Assembly: GCA_965247515.1 (NCBI GenBank)
Contig: OZ252029.1
Coordinates: forward strand, 6,543,391 to 6,607,390
Length of the DNA: 64,000 nucleotides
Reading direction: 5' to 3'
Source of the DNA: Bryobacterales bacterium
Lineage (GTDB): Bacteria > Acidobacteriota > Terriglobia > Bryobacterales > UBA6623
Below, one piece after another: positions 34,148-42,516 of the stretch. The notes under the pieces were generated by a model, which was not told the origin of the DNA, searched no databases, and saw only the letters and a list, made by a program, of their open reading frames with translations. Made by a program: the position numbers and the translations under genes. Position 1 is the first letter of the stretch. Each line of letters opens with the position of its first letter.

Positions 34148-34487
34148 TCGCAGGGGCGCGACATGTCGCGCCCTTATGCTAATACTCGTTACTTAAGAGC
34201 CGGCGGTTGTTGAAGTTTGCGGAACCCGCTCCCTAGCGGTCGCGGCTCTGACTTCGCGAGTCAAACGTCAACCGAAGGGCGTCAGAGCCGCGACCGCTAG
34301 GGAGCGGGTTCCGCGCCTTCCCGACATACCCAGCTACACCTCAACCGACGCTTAAGTAACGAGTATTAGCCCTTATGCTGGTGGCCGAGATGAGAACATG
34401 GAGCCGTCGACGTGCCTGCATTTGGGTTTCACCAAGGTTTTGCCGAAAGGGCAGGTTGAAGGGCGCGACATGTCGCGCCCTTGCGCC
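34148..34487. repeat. Composite repeat B, copy 2, carrying a nested 188-bp insertion
   Basis: Bounded by GGGCGCGACATGTCGCGCCC at 34154-34173 and 34461-34480. After removing 34181-34368 and one direct-repeat copy, it aligns along its length with 6118-6262. Confidence 0.7.
34181..34368. mobile_element. 188-bp MITE-like palindromic element flanked by an 11-bp direct repeat
   Basis: Direct repeats GCCCTTATGCT at 34170-34180 and 34369-34379. Outer inverted repeats AATACTCGTTACTTAAG / CTTAAGTAACGAGTATT. Inner perfect 34-bp inverted repeat GCGGAACCCGCTCCCTAGCGGTCGCGGCTCTGAC (34219-34252 / 34281-34314). Confidence 0.7.
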
Positions 34488-34578
34488 GGCTAGCCTCTGC
34501 TTGGGTATCTGACGATAGGTCAGCCTATTTCTGGCGCACTATACTACGGCCTAAGGTCTCGTCGGCGGTCGATCTCGT

Positions 34579-34636
34579 AGAGGCGGAGCTTCAGACCACG
34601 ATAGAATAGAGGCGGAGCTTCAGACCACGATAGAAT
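34579..34636. repeat. Exact tandem duplication of a 29-bp unit across a gene's 3' end
   Basis: AGAGGCGGAGCTTCAGACCACGATAGAAT occurs at 34579-34607 and again at 34608-34636. Confidence 0.9.
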
Positions 34637-35274
34637 TCTGCGTCCAACGGCTGTTTCAAGGCGAACTTGTAGACGCGAGGCTTCCGAAACGCCCCCGGGT
34701 TCCCTTCGTAGGCATGCACCTCGAGGCGATAGGGGTCAGACGACCAGACTGAGTGGATATCGCGGTCGAGGATCCATTCGCGAGAGCGTTCCTCCGCCTC
34801 GCTGGAGTAGACGATTCGCTCGGGAGCGAAATACAGCGTTCCCTGGGAACCGCCGAGGGTCGTGATGTGCTTGGCGGGAAGTTCCTGCTGCACATTGGCG
34901 GGCTCCACTACCACTCGGTCGGTTGCGGGTTTGCCGATCCGGGCGGTTACCTGCTCGAAGAGTGCGTCGAAGAGCTCGCCAGAGGTGATCTCGAAGTCGT
35001 AGCCGCGGTCGCGGCCGAGCTTCCAGGCGACGTCTTCGTAGCTGAGCAGTCGGAACTCCTTCCGGCTGACCCGGTCGAAGAACTGGATGTCGCGGTAGGC
35101 CCAGCTGACGGTCTCGGCTTTCTTTCCCGACGGCTGGAAGGAGATTCCGGTGTCCCCGAATTCAACCGAGCCCTTGCGGCCGAACCAGAGGGGCTTGTCG
35201 ATTTCCACTTCAAAGACTTGCGCCGCGCCAACGGCGGCGAGAAGGTGTGCTAGAAGCAAGATGTAACGTGTCAT
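34591..35274 (-). CDS. Periplasmic protein of unknown function, translationally coupled to cusA (two PH/GRAM-like halves suspected)
   Basis: ATG 35274 overlaps the cusA stop (ATGA). Signal peptide MTRYILLLAHLLAAVGAAQ. Two similar halves: GSVEFGDTGISFQPSGKKAETVSWAYRDIQFF... and GSQGTLYFAPERIVYSSEAEERSREWILDRDIHSV... Confidence 0.6.
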   Translation of the reverse strand: MTRYILLLAHLLAAVGAAQVFEVEIDKPLWFGRKGSVEFGDTGISFQPSGKKAETVSWAYRDIQFFDRVSRKEFRLLSYEDVAWKLGRDRGYDFEITSGELFDALFEQVTARIGKPATDRVVVEPANVQQELPAKHITTLGGSQGTLYFAPERIVYSSEAEERSREWILDRDIHSVWSSDPYRLEVHAYEGNPGAFRKPRVYKFALKQPLDAEFYRGLKLRLYSIVV

Positions 35275-38200
35275 TGTGTCCTCACATGCGGCAGGCCGCG
35301 AGCTCTCCAGAGGTAGTAAACAATCGGGTAGACAACCAAGACAACGATGCCGGAGGTGACGACCCCGCCGACAAGCGGAGTCGCAACCCGCTTCATGACG
35401 TCCGCCCCCGTGCCCGTGCTCCACATGATCGGCAGAAGCCCGATCACGTCGGTCGCGATGGTCATTAGAATCGGCCGGACCCGTTTCACCGAACCGTCCT
35501 TGATGGCTTCGACGAGAGCGCCGCGGTCGCTGAGCAGGCCACGCTTTCGGTAGTCGTTATATGAAATGTTCAAGTAGAGCAGCAGAACGATGGCGGTCTC
35601 GGCGTAGAGTCCGGCCAGCGCGATCATGCCGACCCAGACGGCGATGCTGAGGTTGTAGTCGAGAACGTAGAGCAGCCAGATCGACCCGGTTAGGGCGAAC
35701 GGCACGCCCAGCAGCACGAAGAGCGTTTCGGCGATGGACTTGGTGTTCACGTAAATGATGACGAAAATCAGCAGGAGCGTGAGTGGGACGACGTACATCA
35801 GGCGTTGCTGAGCGCGCTGCATGTATTCGTACTGTCCGCTCCAGGCGATGGTGTATCCCGTGGGGACCGTGATTTGTTCGGCGACCGCACGCTGGGCGGC
35901 CTCGACATAGCTGCCGAGATCAATGTTGCGGATGTCGACGTAGACCCAGGCGTTGGGCTTCGCGCTCTCGCTCTTGATGCTAGGGGGGCCGACGACGTAC
36001 TGGATGTTGGCCAGTCGCCCCAGAGGGATCTGAGGACCGGCTGGGGTGGGCACGAGAACAGAGCGTAGGGACGGCAAGTCGTCCCGTAGCTCTCGGCTGT
36101 AACGCAGGTTCACGGGATAGCGCTCGAGGCCCTCGACCGTGGTCGTGATGTTCATTCCCCCAATGGCGGTCTGGATCACCTGCTGCACGTCGCGAACGGT
36201 CAGGCCGTAGCGGGCGATTGCAGTGCGGTCGATCTTGAAGTCGAGGTAGTTGCCGCCCATCACGCGCTCGGCGTAGACGCTCAGCGTGCCCGGGACATCG
36301 CGGATGACGCCTTCAATCTCCTTGCCGAGGCGCTCTAGCTCGGGCAGGTCGGGACCAGCGATCTTGATTCCGACCGGAGTCTTGATACCGGTCGAGAGCA
36401 TGTCGATACGGGTCTTGATGGGCATCGTCCAAGCGTTGGTCAACCCGGGGACTTGGATGGCCGCGTTCATCTCGTCAGTAAGCTTTTCCGGGGTCATGCC
36501 CGGCCGCCATTCGCTCTGGGGCTTGAGCGTGATCGTGGTCTCGATCATCGAAAGCGGCGCCGGGTCGGTCGCCGTCTCGGCGCGGCCGATCTTGCCGAAG
36601 ACGTTTTCGACTTCAGGAAAAGTCTTGATGATCCTGTCGGTCTGTTGCAGGATCTCTCGCGCCTTAGTGATCGAGATACCAGGCAACGTGGTCGGCATGT
36701 AAAGCAAGTCGCCTTCCCACAGGGGCGGCATGAACTCGGAACCAAGCCGTGAAAACGGCGCGAAGGTGACCGCCAGAGCGAGCAGAGCGAGCAGCAAGAC
36801 CGGGAACTTGAAGCGGAGCGCGAAGGTGACAACAGGCTGGTAGAGAAAGATGAGCAGCCGGCTGATCGGGTTCCGGTTCTCGGGTAGAATTCGGCCCCGC
36901 ACCCAATAGCCCACAAGGACGGGGACCAGCGTGACGGAAAGCAACGCCGCGGCGGCCATCGCATAGGTCTTGGTGAAGGCAAGCGGCTTGAAGAGCCTTC
37001 CCTCTTGGGCCTCCAGGGTGAACACCGGCATGAATGAAACCGTGATCACCAGCAGGGAGAAGAACAACGAAGGGCCGACTTCTCGGGACGAGGCGGCGAT
37101 GGTCTCCCAGTGGGGCTTGCTGCCGCGGTCGCGCGCGAGATGCTTGTGGGCGTTCTCGACCATCACGATACCGGCGTCGACCATCGTGCCGATCGCCACC
37201 GCAATGCCGCCCAGCGACATGATGTTGACATTGAGGCCCTGGAAATAGATGACGATGAAGGCCATCAGTATCCCGACGGGCAACGTGATGATGGCGACGA
37301 GCCCGCTTCGCACATGAAATAGGAAGACCAAGCAGACCGCGCCAACGATGAGGAATTGCTGCGTCAGGCTCGTTTGCAGACTGTCAACGGCGCGTTCGAT
37401 CAGTGCGGTGCGGTCGTAGGCGACTTCGATTTCGACCCCTTCCGGGAGCCCGGCTTTCACCTGCTCGAGCTTGGCCTTGACGTCACGGATGACCTGAAGC
37501 GTATCCGCGCCGTAGCGAACGACGACGATGCCGCCGACAGTCTCACCTTCGCCGTTCCACTCCGCTAGACCGCGGCGCATTTCGGGCCCCACACTCACTC
37601 GCGCCACGTCTTGGAGCAGGACGGGCGTGCCGGTCTCGTTGACTCCCAGGGCGATCTTGCGAATGTCATCAAGCGATTCGATATAGCCGAGCCCTCGAAT
37701 CATGAACTCCTTCTCGGCGACTTCTAGCAAGCGGCCGCCTACGTCGCTATTGCTGTTCTGAACCGCGGTGCGAATCTTCGAGATCGAAATGCGGTGCGCG
37801 CGCAGGCGGTTGGGGTCGACGGTGATCTGGTACTGGCGAACAAAGCCGCCGACGCTGGCCACTTCCGCGACCCCTGGAACGCTCGTCAGCTCGTACTTGA
37901 GAAACCAATCCTGGATCGAACGGAGCTCCGAGAGGTCATGCCGGTCCGACTTCAAGGCATACATGAATGCCCAGCCGACTCCGGTGGCGTCGGGCCCGAG
38001 GGTGGGAGAGACGCCGGGTGGCAGCTTCCCAGACACATAGTTCAAGTACTCAAGCACCCGGCTGCGGGCCCAGTACATGTCTGTACCGTCCTCGAAGATG
38101 ATGTAGACAAACGAGAAGCCGAAGAACGAATAGCCGCGAACGACCTTGGCGAACGGCACGGAAAGCATCTGCGTTGTCAGGGGATACGTGACCTGGTCTT

Positions 38201-38384
38201 CGACGATGCGCGGGGCCTGGCCCGGATACTCGGTGTAGACGATCACCTGCACGTACGAGAGGTCGGGAATGGCATCAAGCGGCGTTTGCGACAGCGAGTA
38301 CAAGCCCGCCGCCACAACGAACAGAGTCCCCAGCACAACCAAGAACCTGTTGTGGATCGACCAGTCGATGAGGCGTTCGAACAT
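35271..38384 (-). CDS. cusA: Heavy-metal efflux RND pump, CusA/CzcA family
   Basis: 1037 aa. MFERLIDWSIHNRFLVVLGTLFVVAAGLYSL...DAIPDLSYVQVIVYTEYPGQAPRIVEDQVTYPLTT... is the HME-RND N-terminus. 12-TM RND layout. Confidence 0.9.
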   Translation of the reverse strand: MFERLIDWSIHNRFLVVLGTLFVVAAGLYSLSQTPLDAIPDLSYVQVIVYTEYPGQAPRIVEDQVTYPLTTQMLSVPFAKVVRGYSFFGFSFVYIIFEDGTDMYWARSRVLEYLNYVSGKLPPGVSPTLGPDATGVGWAFMYALKSDRHDLSELRSIQDWFLKYELTSVPGVAEVASVGGFVRQYQITVDPNRLRAHRISISKIRTAVQNSNSDVGGRLLEVAEKEFMIRGLGYIESLDDIRKIALGVNETGTPVLLQDVARVSVGPEMRRGLAEWNGEGETVGGIVVVRYGADTLQVIRDVKAKLEQVKAGLPEGVEIEVAYDRTALIERAVDSLQTSLTQQFLIVGAVCLVFLFHVRSGLVAIITLPVGILMAFIVIYFQGLNVNIMSLGGIAVAIGTMVDAGIVMVENAHKHLARDRGSKPHWETIAASSREVGPSLFFSLLVITVSFMPVFTLEAQEGRLFKPLAFTKTYAMAAAALLSVTLVPVLVGYWVRGRILPENRNPISRLLIFLYQPVVTFALRFKFPVLLLALLALAVTFAPFSRLGSEFMPPLWEGDLLYMPTTLPGISITKAREILQQTDRIIKTFPEVENVFGKIGRAETATDPAPLSMIETTITLKPQSEWRPGMTPEKLTDEMNAAIQVPGLTNAWTMPIKTRIDMLSTGIKTPVGIKIAGPDLPELERLGKEIEGVIRDVPGTLSVYAERVMGGNYLDFKIDRTAIARYGLTVRDVQQVIQTAIGGMNITTTVEGLERYPVNLRYSRELRDDLPSLRSVLVPTPAGPQIPLGRLANIQYVVGPPSIKSESAKPNAWVYVDIRNIDLGSYVEAAQRAVAEQITVPTGYTIAWSGQYEYMQRAQQRLMYVVPLTLLLIFVIIYVNTKSIAETLFVLLGVPFALTGSIWLLYVLDYNLSIAVWVGMIALAGLYAETAIVLLLYLNISYNDYRKRGLLSDRGALVEAIKDGSVKRVRPILMTIATDVIGLLPIMWSTGTGADVMKRVATPLVGGVVTSGIVVLVVYPIVYYLWRARGLPHVRTQ

Positions 38385-38394
38385 TGTTTCCGCC

Positions 38395-39864
38395 TTATTG
38401 CTGATGGGTCATCGGCATCGCCGGCGCCGGCTTGCCGGGCTGGCCGCCTCTGTCGCTCAAGAGCTGGGAGATGGCCGCCTTGAGGTTGCTCTCGGAGTCA
38501 ATCAGGAACTGTGAAGAGGTCACGACCATTTCCCCTGGGGAGAGACCGGCGGTCACCTCTTGCATGCCGTCGCCGCTCACGCCGAGCTGCACTTCTCGCG
38601 GCTCGAAGACTCCGCCGCCCTTGGCGACGATCACCACCGCCCGCTCGCCGCTGTGAAGCACCGCTTCCGCCGGGGCGATGACGGCGTTGGATGAGCCCCC
38701 AACACGCGCCGAGACGTTGACATACATCATGGGGCGAAGTCTCAGGTCGGGGTTGTCCACCTCGACAAAACCGGTCAGGGTACGCGTCTGGGGGTTGACG
38801 GCGGGGCGGAAGAACAGGACCTTCCCGCTCCAACGCCGGCCCGGAAAGGCGGCGACCTCGATTGAAACGCGCCGGCCCTCACGAACGTGCCGCAGGTCGT
38901 CTTCGTAGAACTCGACCTCAGCCCACAGAGTTGAGTGGTCGGCAAGCTTTAGAACCGTCATGCCGGGGCTTAGCTTCATACCCTCGAGCGAGTCGCCCAT
39001 CTTGTCGACGATGAAGCCTGAGGCGGGCGAGAAGAAGCGCACCGTACGAGCGGCTGTCTTGGACTGTTCGAGGTCGCTAATCTGTTCCTCGGTGATATCC
39101 CAGTGACGCAGCCGCTCTTTGGCCGAGGCGAGCAGGGACTGGGCGCGCACGACCGCGTCTGGGTAGGCCTCGTTCTGCTTGAGCCGCTCGACATAGTCCA
39201 TCGCCGCCAGGTACTCGCGCTGTGTGGTGACCAACTGCGGGCTGTAGATTTCGAATAGAACGTCGCCCTTCTTGACCAGCTCGCCGACGTTGTTGACGCG
39301 GGCCTTTTCAATCCAACCCTCGAACTTCGTGTTGACCGAGACGACCTTCTCCTCGTTGTGGGCGAGGACTCCGACAGTTCGAATCGAAACCGGCATGGCG
39401 CCTCGTGTGACCTCGGTCGTGCGCACCGCGAAGTTCTGCAGAAAGCTCGGGCTGACGCGGACGCCGCCGTCCCGCGCGACTTCATCCGCGTAGACCGGGA
39501 CCAGGTCCATCCCCATCGGCGATTTGCCTGGCTCCTCAGAGGTGTAGTTGGGGTCCATCGGCGCGCGCCAGTAGAGAATCTTGCGCTCGCCGCGCGCCGT
39601 CTCCGGCGCCGAGTCCCTGACCGGGACCAGCTTCATGCCGCAGATCGGGCACTCTCCCGGCTCGTCTTGAATCACGTGGGGGTGCATGCCGCAGGTGTAG
39701 AGCGCCTTGCCTTGGCCGTCTATAACGGCATGGGCTTCGTGTGAACGGCCCAACAGATGGTCGACCTCCGCCCAGCCAAAGGGATTCCAAATCAACATCG
39801 CGCAAACGCCGATGCCGAGTGCGACTCCGCTGAGTAGTAATAGGAAACCGCCAAGCTTCGTCAT
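38395..39864 (-). CDS. cusB: RND efflux periplasmic adaptor (CusB-like) with an N-terminal heavy-metal-binding Cys motif
   Basis: YTCGMHPHVIQDEPGECPICGMKLVP (metal-binding domain common in CusB-like MFPs) followed by biotinyl-lipoyl/beta-barrel MFP regions. Confidence 0.85.
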   Translation of the reverse strand: MTKLGGFLLLLSGVALGIGVCAMLIWNPFGWAEVDHLLGRSHEAHAVIDGQGKALYTCGMHPHVIQDEPGECPICGMKLVPVRDSAPETARGERKILYWRAPMDPNYTSEEPGKSPMGMDLVPVYADEVARDGGVRVSPSFLQNFAVRTTEVTRGAMPVSIRTVGVLAHNEEKVVSVNTKFEGWIEKARVNNVGELVKKGDVLFEIYSPQLVTTQREYLAAMDYVERLKQNEAYPDAVVRAQSLLASAKERLRHWDITEEQISDLEQSKTAARTVRFFSPASGFIVDKMGDSLEGMKLSPGMTVLKLADHSTLWAEVEFYEDDLRHVREGRRVSIEVAAFPGRRWSGKVLFFRPAVNPQTRTLTGFVEVDNPDLRLRPMMYVNVSARVGGSSNAVIAPAEAVLHSGERAVVIVAKGGGVFEPREVQLGVSGDGMQEVTAGLSPGEMVVTSSQFLIDSESNLKAAISQLLSDRGGQPGKPAPAMPMTHQQ

Positions 39865-41180
39865 GGTCTCTCCGTCATGGTCTCTTCTGGGGGGAAGGCT
39901 GATCCGATGGCGCGTTCCATCTCAGCCAAGGCTTTCATGTAGTCGGTTTCAAGACGCGCCAGCCCGAGACGGACGTCCAGCAGGACACGCTCGCTGTCAA
40001 GCAGATCCAAGACGCCGATCGTGCCGGTCGAATAGGCGTCCTCGGTTGAGCGCAAGGCCAGCTCAGCCTGCGGCAGCAGCGCCCTCTCGAAGAGCGCGAT
40101 CTGCTCGTCGATCGTTGTCAGCCGGAAGCCGATCGAGCGGACGGCAAGCTCAACATTGTTGACGACGCTTCGATAGGCTTCCTTGTCGGCGGAGAATCGC
40201 TCGGACGCCTCCTGTACTCCCGCGTGGTACTTCGAGCGGAAGATGGGGATGTTCACCCCGACCGTCACGCTGTAGACGTCCTTGCCGTTGCCCGGCGGAG
40301 GATTCATGCGTCCCGGTTCGTCGCGGCGGCCGAGGACGTTTCCCCAGGCCGCCCCTACCAAGAAGTCGGGCCGGTTCTGACGCTGCGCCAGGTGAACGCC
40401 CTTTTCGCTGCTTTCGATTTGCAGCAAGGCCGCCTTGACCTCCGGCCTGTCGTGGCGCGCGATCGCGAAAAGGCGGCCGCCGTCGACCTGAACGTCTGGC
40501 CGATCGACGAGCTTGACCCCTGGAATCGCGGAACGAACCGGCTGATCGCGCAACACATTGAGCACAGCCTCGGCGTCAACTCTTTGCCGCAGAAGCTCTT
40601 GCTGACGGTTCAGGACCCGTGTGATTTCGGCCTGGAGTTTAACGACCGCTTGCTGAAGGCCTACCCCCTGGGAGTAGCGCGCCTGGGCCAACGTCTCGTA
40701 ATGCCGCAGTAGTTGCGCGTCCTGCTCGGTTACGGCGAGCGCCTGGTCGATGTACCCCAGGTCGTAGTAGGCCAGTTTGACCCGGCGGACCACCTCCGCT
40801 CGTTGCGCTTGGTAGATCTCATCGTGCACCGCGGCCTTCTTGGCGGCGATCTTGCCTTGATCGGACAACTTGCCGAACCATGGAAGCTTCTGGCTAATCG
40901 TGAGGACAGTGGTCTGTGGGCCGACTCGAGTCTCCGGCGTGCGCGCGTGTTGCGTGACGGCGAGCATCGGATCAGGAAGGGCCGTGACCTGAGGAACTCG
41001 CTGCCGCGCGGCCTGGTACTGCGAGAACGCCCCGCGAACTTGGGGGTTTCTTTCTAGCGACTCCTCGATAAGGGCGGCGAGCTTGGGATCTCCGTTGGGC
41101 GAGTACGCGCCTGCAAGCGAGTCGGCCCGCGCCGCGGCGACCACTGCTAGCAGCAGCCACACACAAGAGCGAAGCAGCAT
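39861..41180 (-). CDS. cusC: TolC-family outer-membrane efflux factor (CusC-like)
   Basis: Start set at ATG 41180 (MLLRSCVWLLLAVVAAARA). It shows the two-repeat OEP pattern (LAALIEESLERNPQV..., LTISQKLPWFGKL..., YSVTVGVNIPIF...). The stop overlaps the cusB start (ATGA). Confidence 0.8.
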   Translation of the reverse strand: MLLRSCVWLLLAVVAAARADSLAGAYSPNGDPKLAALIEESLERNPQVRGAFSQYQAARQRVPQVTALPDPMLAVTQHARTPETRVGPQTTVLTISQKLPWFGKLSDQGKIAAKKAAVHDEIYQAQRAEVVRRVKLAYYDLGYIDQALAVTEQDAQLLRHYETLAQARYSQGVGLQQAVVKLQAEITRVLNRQQELLRQRVDAEAVLNVLRDQPVRSAIPGVKLVDRPDVQVDGGRLFAIARHDRPEVKAALLQIESSEKGVHLAQRQNRPDFLVGAAWGNVLGRRDEPGRMNPPPGNGKDVYSVTVGVNIPIFRSKYHAGVQEASERFSADKEAYRSVVNNVELAVRSIGFRLTTIDEQIALFERALLPQAELALRSTEDAYSTGTIGVLDLLDSERVLLDVRLGLARLETDYMKALAEMERAIGSAFPPEETMTERP

Positions 41181-41377
41181 GAACTTCCTCCGAAAGCGTT
41201 GTCTAAGTCGTTTGCGGGCTTTGCGGCGCGATATCTCCCGAATAGGAAACACGCCTCGCCCGCGAGCAGCAAAATCGGAGTTGCCCGGCAAATCGGGCAA
41301 CCATCGTCTGGAGACGACCGGACGCGCACGGGCGCCTTCGGCCTCGTGGTCCCGGTCAATTCAGCAGGAAGCTGCTT

Positions 41378-41746
41378 CTAGATGAGGAAGGCCGCGTGCA
41401 ACACGTACAGAGGCGGGTGATTGTCTGGCGGACGAATGGGAAGGCAAACCGCGGCTGACGCTTCGCCTAGCAGAGGCCAACTAGCGGCCCCAGCGGCAAG
41501 CAGGACCGCGGAAACTTCAGTTTTCTGAACGCCCTGCTTCTGCGCAACAGTGAACGGACTGCCGCTGATGGCGCACAGCAGCTCACAAGTCGTTTTCGGG
41601 TCACTAGAATGCTTGCTCGAATGGTCGCAACACTCGTGGCCCGATTGGGAGCCAATCATCCACGCCGAGCACGGCAGGACGCCAATCACGAACGTAAGGC
41701 TGGCTGCTAGCGCGAAATTGGCTACGCGACGACTCACTAATTTCAT
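41378..41746 (-). CDS. Small secreted Cys/His-rich protein upstream of cusCBA (putative metal-binding or regulatory)
   Basis: 122 aa with an N-terminal hydrophobic segment, then GSQSGHECCDHSSKHSSDPKTTCELLC. No family recognised. Its position is equivalent to the small accessory ORFs of czc/cus operons. Confidence 0.45.
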   Translation of the reverse strand: MKLVSRRVANFALAASLTFVIGVLPCSAWMIGSQSGHECCDHSSKHSSDPKTTCELLCAISGSPFTVAQKQGVQKTEVSAVLLAAGAASWPLLGEASAAVCLPIRPPDNHPPLYVLHAAFLI

Positions 41747-41842
41747 GTTAAGCCCAATCTCCTAAGCGGTCAACACTGAGCGACAGGCGGGGTGCGCCAC
41801 ATGAGGCGAGATCGCCGAGGTGTTTCCCGCGTCTGGCGCTGG

Positions 41843-42253
41843 TCAGAACCGTTCATCCATCCAGCCGCTGACCTGCGAGTTTGCAGCGCTGATCAGCTCG
41901 ACGTTCTCCTGATCGGGCCTTTCCATTTCGTCGAGCAGGCCGCGGCGCCGGGCCTTGTTGCGCTGGTAGGCTCCACAAAGATGAAAACCGATGCAGCCGG
42001 GGTTGTCGAAAAGCGCCGCCAATACATCCGCGTACCATTCGCCGTCGTTGCGGGTGAAGCCTTCGGGGGTATCGGGACGAATGAGCCCCGCCGCGTCGGC
42101 CAGAAGCACCGGCCTGCTGGTTTTCTTGTGCCACTCGTCGAGGTGGGGCGCCGGGTCGCGGAAGTCTTGGAACGACAGCACGTCAAACGGCGAGGTAAAG
42201 CAGGATTCGGATATTTCGTTGCAACGATGGTCCGTTCCCGAAGGGGTCTCCAT
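41843..42253 (-). pseudogene. C-terminal fragment of a glycoside-hydrolase-like protein (paralogue of 57639-58439)
   Basis: SPFDVLSFQDF...RPVLLADAAGLI...NPGCIGFHLCGAYQRN...RRGLLDEMERP aligns by eye with RFTDVVFYQMYG...KPVINGDSAFTMI...RPEFVGWHYCGLIDAP...HSGLLDGFGRP of the other copy. The N-terminal two-thirds is missing. Confidence 0.4.
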
Positions 42254-42392
42254 TCTGTCGCAACATTATGAGCTTGCCGCGGGCGACATCATTCTGACGG
42301 GAACACCAGCGAACATCGGACTCGTCGAGAAAGGCGACGTAATCCGCGCTGGAATAGAGGGCCTCGGCGAAATCGAAGTTCTCGTCACCTGA
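42245..42392 (+). pseudogene. C-terminal ~45-codon fragment of a fumarylacetoacetate hydrolase (FAH) family protein
   Basis: ...ILSQHYELAAGDIILTGTPANIGLVEKGDVIRAGIEGLGEIEVLVT* is the FAH-family C-terminal signature (L.PGD.I.TGTP.GVG....GD.....I.GLG). There is no upstream coding continuation. Confidence 0.6.
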
Positions 42393-42516
42393 TTGACCGT
42401 TGCAGGTTTCATGGCGCCGACGCTGGTCAGGAGCAGAATGGAACGACCGGCGCGCGGCTGTTCGGTGCTTCCCTATTGGGCAACGCCGAGGCTGCGTCAA
42501 GTTACAATAGGCTGCG

